Assembly: GCF_006345805.1 (NCBI RefSeq)
Contig: NC_043008.1
Span: 70,680,001 to 70,744,000 of the forward strand
Direction: 5' to 3'
Origin: Octopus sinensis
Taxonomy: Eukaryota
Length of the DNA: 64,000 bases
The notes below the pieces were generated by a model. It worked only from the letters and a program-made list of their open reading frames with translations, was not told the origin of the DNA and searched no databases. The stretch's first letter is position 1; every line of letters starts with the position of its first letter. A program made the translations under genes and the position numbers. Shown in pieces: positions 55,277 to 64,000 of this stretch.

Positions 55277-55488
55277 CGAGTGAAAGAGCAGCACATGTCA
55301 TCAAAATGACGCTGGGGTACAAGTACATGAAGTCTAATATACCCATCATGATTTCCCGTCTGATAAGTGTACATCCGGCACATGCACCACAACCATATGT
55401 ACGTGACCATATGTAGCACATCTTTTATGCCAAGACAAAACATGTACATTATATCCATTCCAATCAGTTAAGATCAAAACCCATGTGA
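55277..55488 (-). mobile_element. Internally deleted, diverged copy of the ~550-bp (TAA)n-associated element
   Basis: Both ends of the family are joined with a large central deletion. The (AAT)n tail runs to 55155, 18 nt from the exon acceptor. Confidence 0.75.
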
Positions 55489-55599
55489 GGCAGTACCAAG
55501 GAGTGCAACAGGGCAATTATTGGTAGGCGCTCACAGCCCTCTACCAGTCGGGAAATTATTGGTAGGCGCTCCCAGACCTCTACCAGTCGGGCAATGTGA

Positions 55600-56196
55600 T
55601 CTGTGAATGTTCCGCTTTAGAAATTTATAGAGGATTAGTGGCGGGGAAGTCAAGGCAGTTTTCCTTTGCCCGGTGGCTGTGGTGAAAGAGGTTGTTTGGT
55701 GGACAAAGTTGAAAAGCATGAGGACAGACACATTCCTCTTTGGTAGAGCACTCATTGACTTTATCAAGTTTCCCTTGAAAAAGAAATTGAGAGTGGAGAG
55801 GGAAGTGCTGTCCCCGAGTGAGTTTAATGAAAGGTAGTTGAAAGTTGCGAAAATGGCAAGAGCGGACGGTACCTCTTTCAGTGTAGTCCTGTGAGTCGTA
55901 CAGAAGGAAGTGGAGAGGGCACTTGCTCCTGGAGGTTCAGAGAAATCTCGGACAGTGGGGTTTCTCGATTTTCCCTAGAGGCCCTCCTGTATCAGGAGGG
56001 CCACATCTCTATCAGTCTACCCCACCACTTTTTTAAACCTTTGTATACTATGTATATGTCCCTTCTTTTTAGTGTCCCCTTTCTTTCTTTCCTTTTTTAT
56101 CACTTCATTATTATAAGTAAACCCTTACAATTTATGTCTGTCTTTGTATAGTCCCCTCATCATTCGCCCTGGTGGCAAATAAATGAAATTATTATT
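55600..56196 (+). mobile_element. Tx1/L1-like LINE 3' end
   Basis: VVWWTKLKSMRTDTFLFGRALIDFIKFPLKKKLRVEREVLSPSEFNER*LKVAKM, then a 3' UTR ending ggcaaataaatgaaattattatt. Confidence 0.7.
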
Positions 56197-56730
56197 GAAT
56201 GAGAGAGCAGTGCATGCCACCAAAGTGACACTAAGGTAAAATATACGAAGCCCAATATACCCATCATGACTACCCGTCTGATATGGGCACATGCATCACA
56301 GCCATATGTGCGCGAAATGGTGATCTCTTATCAAGATAAACAACGCATAACCTTGCAGGTGGGGCTCAGTTAGAATTTTCTTCAGGTCTAGTAGCCCGTC
56401 TCAGTTAAAAGGTCCCGGAACAAGGGCTGTTCAAAGATGTTGAACGAAACACCCATGTTTCCAGAGGTGAATTACACAAACCCCAAATAATTCCTCTCAA
56501 CACATGCCTATGATACTCCCCCACTACTTCTGCTCGAGATCAGAGATGCACATATCGCGAGCCACTAAGAGACATGCTCAACTAGTCAAGCAACTGACAA
56601 GCAAATCTATGGTATTGAGCAGAATATTTGCTGTAGGCCATCTTTTATACCAAGACAAAATAATGTATATGATAATTCTTCCAACCAGTTAAGATCAGAG
56701 CCACTGCCTGGTACTGCATCAGGGTATTTA
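56197..56730 (-). mobile_element. ~550-bp (TAA)n-associated retro-element, full-length diverged copy
   Basis: Inserted tail-to-tail into the (ATT)n tail of the Tx1-like element, with (TTA)n on the other side. Confidence 0.85.
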
Positions 56731-56781
56731 TTATTGTTATTGCTATTATTATTATTATTGTTGTTGTTTTTGTTGTTGTTA

Positions 56782-56837
<56 letters not shown>

Positions 56838-56941
56838 GCCTTTGAACAACTTCTAATGCTGGAGATGTAACGCCTCTTATTTTTCGGGCAATTATTTTCA
56901 TAATTGTTATTGCTACTGCTATCAAAGTATGATATTGATTA

Positions 56942-56995
<54 letters not shown>

Positions 56996-57289
56996 CATCA
57001 TTATTATCATTATTATTTTTGTTGTTGTTGTTATTATTATTATTATTAATTAATTATTTAATTAATTAATTATTATTTCGTCGATGCGCATACGGAAACG
57101 TAACTGCTCGGGATAAAATGTTCAGCGGCATTTCACTTGGCCTCATGTTTTCAGTTCAAATTACACCGAGGTCAACTTCACCTTCCTTCATTTGGGCTCG
57201 ATAAAATAAATACTGTTTGAGCTCTCGGTTCGATATAATCAGCTAGCACCTTCCGCCCAAATTTCAGATCTTGTTTTTTAAGTAAAAAG

Positions 57290-57469
57290 CTGCTGCTGCT
57301 GCTGCTTCTTCTTCTTCTTCTTCTTCTTCTTCTTCTTCTTCTTCTTCTTCTTCTTCTTCTTCTTCTTCTTCTTCTTCTTCTTCTTCTTCTTCTTCTTCTT
57401 CTTCTTCTTCTTCTTCTTCTTCTTCTTCTTCTTCTTCTTCTTCTTCTTCTTCTTCTTCTTCTTCTTCTT
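57290..57469. repeat. (CTG)n + long pure (TTC)n microsatellite
   Basis: Direct reading. Explains the poly-E and poly-K ORFs. Confidence 0.97.
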
Positions 57470-57720
57470 GCCGTTCCTTGCGTGGTGATGCACGTATATA
57501 GTTAAAGATATGCAGTGTTGAACATTCACACAGAGACAAAAGCATGGTCAGATGTACACACAAGCTTACACAGAAATACATCAATATCTGTAAATCCATA
57601 AACACGTGTATATATAATCTCTAAATATATTTTCATAATACTTGTATCGCTGAATTGGTGTATGTATGTATGTATGTATGTATCTATCTATCTACTAAAG
57701 CTTGTGCATACATAGACACA

Positions 57721-57832
<112 letters not shown>

Positions 57833-58231
57833 ATATACATATATATATAATATATATATGTATATATATTATATATACATATACATCTATATTTATACAT
57901 GAATTTATAGATATATGGGTATATACGTATAGAGATTTATGGGTATATAAATACATCAATATATATGCTTATATGGCTTATATGTGAGTGGGTGTATATA
58001 TGTATATACACTTGTATATAAATACATAGGCATATAAATATGCCAACGCTCAGCAGATCCTACCACATAACTATCATCTTCAGGATTAATATTGACTTAT
58101 TTTGGGTTCGGCATGAAATCTATCATATATGGATGAATAAATATGGATTTCAATCAAATTCAATGAATAGATCTTATCTATCGTATTAATCTCAGGAAAT
58201 TATATCGATTATATCGATATGATTATATCGA

Positions 58232-58274
<43 letters not shown>

Positions 58275-59051
58275 CTGTTTATGCGTTTCAATGTGGGAGA
58301 ATTTATATAGCCTCTTGGCATGCGAGAAATAAGAGGTAACTCTCTCGCGTGACATGTTAAACAAAAATATAAAGAAGTGTATTGAAACAATGTACAAAGG
58401 GTGTGTTACGGCTTGAAAAGAAAATAATAAAATGAAACAAAAAATAAAATAAAACTACTTCAAAGGAAGCTCTTCCTAATCTGAGATTACTTGGGGTTAA
58501 ACAAAGAAAGCATCATCAACAGATATATGTTTTACAGATCCCAATAAACAGATGGTTAATAACGTAAACACTGATTGATTACAAAGAATCAGTATGATAA
58601 TTTCCATCTTCGCTGTTGTATAGCTTTATATCAGCTGTAAACCCGTACGCTTATAATTAAATGCTTTCCAAACGTGACGGCTTCTATGGCTTTTATATCC
58701 AATATGTCTGTCCCTATTTTAAGGCGATGAGTGGGTGGATAGTGTCTTGAGAGATATTCGGCCACTACATCTAACAGGTTTTGTAATGCCATATTAGCAT
58801 CATCATTGTTTCATTAATATCTAGGCATTTAACCAAAGGTCAGCACTGGTCGAGTAGGTCTCTGGTCGACGGCATGACCATCTTGTTTTTTTCAGGATTA
58901 TTACATCCATTATGAATTATGCAATAGATTCTTTTGGGGTTTCTTTTGAGGGATATTTATTTGTTTTTGAGGCTGAGTAACTGCATTCAGTGCTATAAGA
59001 ACCAACGCACAAATGTATATAATATAAGCTTTGGGCTATTCTGGTTTTAGC

Positions 59052-59268
59052 AAGGCGGTGACCTGGCAGAATCGTTAACATACTGGACAAAATATTTAGC
59101 GGCATTTCGTCCGTCTTTATCTTCTGGGGTCAAATTCTACCGTGGTCGACCTTGCTTTCATAATTTGGAGGTTGATAAATTAAGTACCAATTGAGCACCA
59201 GGGTCGATCTAATTGACCTACCTCTCCACGATATTGCTGACCTTGTGTCAAAACCTGAAAGCTATTCT
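59052..59268 (+). mobile_element. tRNA-derived SINE, family S2
   Basis: aaggcggtgacctggcagaatcgttaacatactggacaaaatatttagcggcatttcg...gtcgaccttgctttcat...gataaattaagtacca. Confidence 0.75.
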
Positions 59269-59710
59269 AGTCATTGCAATGTAATTTGGTGAAGCCTGTG
59301 ACTCAGTTTCCTTCCCAACTTAAGACTTTCCTATATGCAATGTAATTTCAGACTCTCTTGTTTAAGGCATAAATACCACAAGTTCATGCTTTGAAACTCT
59401 CCGTCTCCAAAGTTGTCTATGCACCGACTTTACAAGACCAAACAAACAAGACATTATATATAACAAATACCAAGGGGGGACAAACAATATCCGGATGCTG
59501 CCGTCATGTCTATTTACTTCATATAATATAATTCGTTAAAATAAAGTATGAACATCACCACGTACCACTTGCTTTCATTGCTTTGCAAATATTATTCATT
59601 TATTAGAAAGGAAACCAGTACTTTGAGCCATTGTACAAAAGTCAGGGGAGAATTTTAATCAGATTAGGCAGGACATACTCCTGGGTTATTTACCATTATT
59701 ATTGTTGTAG

Positions 59711-59780
<70 letters not shown>

Positions 59781-60214
59781 ATATAAATATTCTTTAAGTG
59801 TAACATAAAATAAAACTTGTACTTATTTCTTTCTATATTTATTGCTGTTCTTCTAATGAAAAGCTATTTGTAAAGCTTTAACCAGGAGGAAAAAAAAGAG
59901 GAAGAATCGACCAAAAATAATCCGATGCCTGAAGACATCAATATAATTCTTTCAAGGGTAAAATAAAAATTAAAAAGAAAACTGTAAAAACAACTTGTAT
60001 TGAATGTATAGAAACGAGGATAAGCATAGAAAAAGGCACGTTCACCTCCCCTCACCCTATAGCCCCCTGTACTAACAAGATGTAAGCAATAAATACAACG
60101 TAGACACGAATTATGTATGTATATATACATACATACATATATATATACATATATATATACACACATACATGCATACATATATATATAGATATATATATTT
60201 ATATATTTACATAC

Positions 60215-60247
<33 letters not shown>

Positions 60248-60487
60248 AATATATATGTATATATATTTGTTTGTGTGTGTATTTAAGTATTTATGCAAAC
60301 ACACACGCACACATATATCTGTATATATACATACATACACACACACGCACACACGCACACACACACGTATATATATATATATATGTAGCCGTAGCTGCGT
60401 GGTAAGAAGCTTGCCTCACAACCACACGGTTCCGGGTTCAGTGCCACTGCATAGCGACTTTGAGAAGTGTCTTCTACTATAGCCTCG

Positions 60488-60566
<79 letters not shown>

Positions 60567-61375
60567 TAGTGTGTGATGGGTAAATTGTCGCCATCTTATA
60601 ATTTTAATTTCGTCCATATGTATTGTTTGTTTTTTTAATTTTGTGGACTACATAGTATAGTAGGGTCAGTTGGGCACTGTCTGTGAGAAAAAAACATCCC
60701 CATTACGCAATTAACATTCGCCCGGGAAGCTCCAATACGAACATTTCAGAGTGTCTGGGTGTCAATCTGAGGACATGCACCGAGAATGATAGAAATCAAG
60801 CATGCAGTCAACATCATTGTTTGATCACTAGTGATGACGACGTTATGCCTCCATTCATCTTTCCACACGGCCTCAGACTCAAAACAGAGGTCTACATCAA
60901 GTGCCTGGAGGAGCTAGATGAGCCCTATGTCAGGAGAGTGGCTGCTGGACTCCGCACTATGCCACACAAGCAGGAGAACCCAGTTATGGCTGTCAGTCAA
61001 TTTCTGCGACCATATCGCCCATTATATCTGGCCACCTAACTCCTCAGACAGCAAACACCTTGATTATTATATGTGGGACGCAGTTGAGCGGGAGTCCAAA
61101 GAAACTCCTTGTAACACCAAATGTACACTGAATGTAAGGATTATAGCAGCATTCGCCAACTTACACAAGGTGACTGTCCAGAAAATTTGCAGGAGATTCC
61201 AAAGTCGCCTTGAGACCGTGCTTGAAGCCATCTGCGATTTTATTGAATATATTTAGTCATTAGTAGTTCAATATATTTTTATGTAATTTTGGTTAATATA
61301 TCTGTTAAAATGAAATGTCATTGTTATTTTCATTTTTGCGTAATCTAGACGACAATATATTTACCGCACCCTGTA
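60567..61375 (+). mobile_element. Internally deleted DD37D/maT element
   Basis: DVMPPFIFPHGLRL..EVYIKCLEE, LCHTSRRTQLWLS.NF.DH...IWPPNS.D..HLDYYMWDAVERE. Right TIR ...taccgcaccctgta. Confidence 0.8.
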
Positions 61376-61789
61376 CACTCACACACACACACGTATGTAA
61401 GTATCTCTGTGTGTGTTTGTCCCCCTGTCACTACTTGACAACCGGTGTTGGTGTGCTTACGTCCTCATAACCTAACGCTTCGGCCAAAGAGACCGATAGA
61501 ATAAATAGTAGGTTTTACAAATAAGTCCTGGGGTCTATTTGTTTGGCTAAAACCCTTCAAAGCAGTGGAACGAGTAATGGAATATATATATATATGTAGC
61601 AGAAACAATGGAGTGGTGCTAGGGAAGAGAGTTTCGCGTGTTGGCAATTATCAAACCAGGTCTGTATATGTAAGTAATAAATATATGTATGGATGTATGG
61701 ATGAGTGTGTATGTGTGTGTGTGTGTGTGTGTGTGCGCGTGTGTATTGGTGTGTGTGTTTGCGTGTGGTTTGTCTGTCTGTCTATTTAA

Positions 61790-62320
61790 AGGATCGTGGC
61801 CGGAAGTGGTTGTGTGACAGATGACGCTGAAAGGATTGAGGAAAGACACCTTTCTCTTCGGTTAAGCCCTCATCGACTTCTTCAAGTTCAACTTGGAAAG
61901 AAGAGCTAGGGTGGAGAGGGAATGCTACCTTCCAGTGAATTTTGGAAAAAATGGGTGAATGTACAGAAATGGTTAGAGTGAGTGGTGCTACTATAAGAAT
62001 GCGCCTGTGGATTGGAGAGAAAGAGAAAGGGCTCGTATCTTTGGTATTCAAGGCAGTCCTGGACTTATGAGGTTGCTTGATTAGCACTAGTTAGAGTTAT
62101 TCCTGTAACAGGAGGACTGCCTGATTCATGTTATCACATATATTGTATACTATGTATAGTTTTATCACATTCCACTGTCTTTTCCATTTCTCCCTCCCTA
62201 TTCTTTATGTAAATCCGCACACAAATTGTTGCTTTTTCTTAAGATCTTCCCCCACCATCTATGTCCCTGTAGTTAATAAAGGAAATTATTATCATTATGG
62301 AAAGTTTACTGTGGGTGTAA
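61790..62320 (+). mobile_element. Tx1/L1-like LINE 3' end (diverged)
   Basis: TLKGLRKDTFLFG*ALIDFFKFNLERRARVERE remnant and the homologous 3' UTR. Confidence 0.6.
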
Positions 62321-62429
62321 TTCGATGGTTATAGCTGAAAATATTTCATGGTGGATTAGTGTGAGAAAGGGGAAAAGCTCCCTTTCGGATCATATAGACT
62401 CAAAGGGACTGTTTTCTGGATTTTATCTC

Positions 62430-62609
62430 ATCCCACTGGACAGGACGGCGGTCCGTCGCAGGTAGACTCAGTTTGCCAGCTGAGTGGAGTGAAGCAACGT
62501 GAAATAGAGTGATTTGCTGAAGAAAACAACACATCGGCTGGACCAGGAACGAAAACCACAAGCTTACGATCATGAGTCCAACACCCTAACTACTAAGCTA
62601 TGCGCCTCC
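62430..62609 (-). mobile_element. tRNA-derived SINE, family S3
   Basis: Head ggaggcgcatagcttagtagttagggtgttggactcatgatcgtaag and V-SINE-like body ending gcgacggaccgccgtcctgtccagtggg. Confidence 0.7.
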
Positions 62610-63505
62610 CCAATTAGTGTGAAAAGAGGCACTTATTACTCGGATCTATGTCCTGATCTCCTATTTGGAAACTAGAATCAGGGTGAAGAGGAAGATGTAG
62701 CCCAGGATTAAGTTGACCGATAGGTAGTGACTGAGAGTGGTGAGTATGGCCAGAGTAAAGTGGACATACGCAAGATGGATGGAGAATACTTATGAGAGGG
62801 TAGTTATCCTTACCAGTAAGATTAATGCGATTTCTGCGAGGCATGTTATTTGACTCCTGTTAACCATTCGATTTTATTTTCCACCCTTCTATACTGATGA
62901 ATTTCATGCCTGTTTCTTTTATAAGCAATTCTAAAACCTCACAGTTTGCTAATTCGTTCTTGTAAAGCTTCTTTACTACAAATAAAAATAAATATTAGAT
63001 TTATTATCAGAGCCATGTCAACAAAATTTGTATTTGGGATTCGTTAGTAACGTGTTCCTCGAAATAACGTCTGTTAATTACCCGCATGAATTTCCTGTAG
63101 CTCTAACAGCCCATAGACATCGCAGAGTTAAACATAAAAAGTAAAAATCCTTCTACATACAACCACTGTAAGTGAGGGCTCACAAAACTCTCAGCCAAAT
63201 AAATTTGCTACACAAACGGATTTTCATTCACCAAATCACTGAGGATTTTCATACCTGTTTTATATAATGTATATACTTGTAATCTAGAATTTTTATACAT
63301 TTATACTCACATGGAACCTTATATCTTCCTATACATTCATGCATGGTTATATCCCACAAATCTTTATGCATATATGTATACAATGTATATTGGTATGTAT
63401 GGATACAAACACACAGACACACAAACATATAAACATGTCTTCGTACATATATGTATATATATATATAGTTATATATACATTGCATGCCCACATGATATAT
63501 ATATA

Positions 63506-63557
<52 letters not shown>

Positions 63558-63791
63558 AATATATAGTTATATCCCATGAATCTTTATATCCATTTTTATT
63601 TTATCTGTTTATATCCCTCGAAGCTTTTTATATATCTTAATATTCATATAGGCTTTACACCTCAGAGTTATAGAATTATATATATTTATGTATGTGCGTG
63701 TGTGTGTTTTTGTGTATGCATACGTATGTATATAAATCAGGTCAACGCCCACAAATCTCCAAAGTAGTGACGGTATTTCCATATATGCATT

Positions 63792-63827
<36 letters not shown>

Positions 63828-63908
63828 CTATCTATCTATCTATCTATCTATCTAGCTAGCTAGCTATCTATCTATATGTCTGTCTGTCTGTCTATTTGTC
63901 TATCTGTC

Positions 63909-63939
<31 letters not shown>

Positions 63940-63941
63940 CA

Positions 63942-63994
<53 letters not shown>

Positions 63995-64000
63995 ACTATC
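63792..64000. repeat. (TATC)n microsatellite
   Basis: Direct reading. Confidence 0.97.

Noticed and set aside
62800-62860. Minus-strand ATG...MPRRNRINLT G|gtaag as the upstream phase-1 exon of the Ig gene
   Set aside because: No hydrophobic signal peptide, poor acceptor, and it abuts a Tx1-like remnant. The true upstream exon is probably outside the window.

Overview
AT-rich, microsatellite-dense animal genomic DNA. The SINE/LINE repertoire and (TA)n/(TAA)n density suggest an octopus or other coleoid cephalopod (inference). The only host coding sequence I can support is two minus-strand exons (55030-55136 and 2289-2493). They splice in frame into one complete Ig domain (LPC...VVW...DSGEYTCQ) of a lachesin/IgLON/Dpr-DIP-like adhesion protein, separated by a 52,536-bp phase-0 intron that makes up most of the window. 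The rest is a transposon landscape: two mariners (one doubly nested), a third degraded mariner, two DD37D/maT elements, two CR1-type LINE families (one nearly intact), a pile-up of R4/Dong LINEs plus a ~550-bp non-coding retro-element in (TAA)n tracts, Tx1-like and RTE 3' ends, four tRNA-SINE families and several Penelope-like elements. The most interesting signals are type I hammerhead ribozyme motifs read from the sequence: a tandem pair 313 bp apart at 41.6-42.0 kb, and an intact one inside a ~645-bp near-perfect palindrome at 23.4-24.0 kb that is sense to the host pre-mRNA. A SINE and a CR1 LINE also share a 3' stem-loop with compensatory changes. All alignments and folds were done by eye; no database searches were run.
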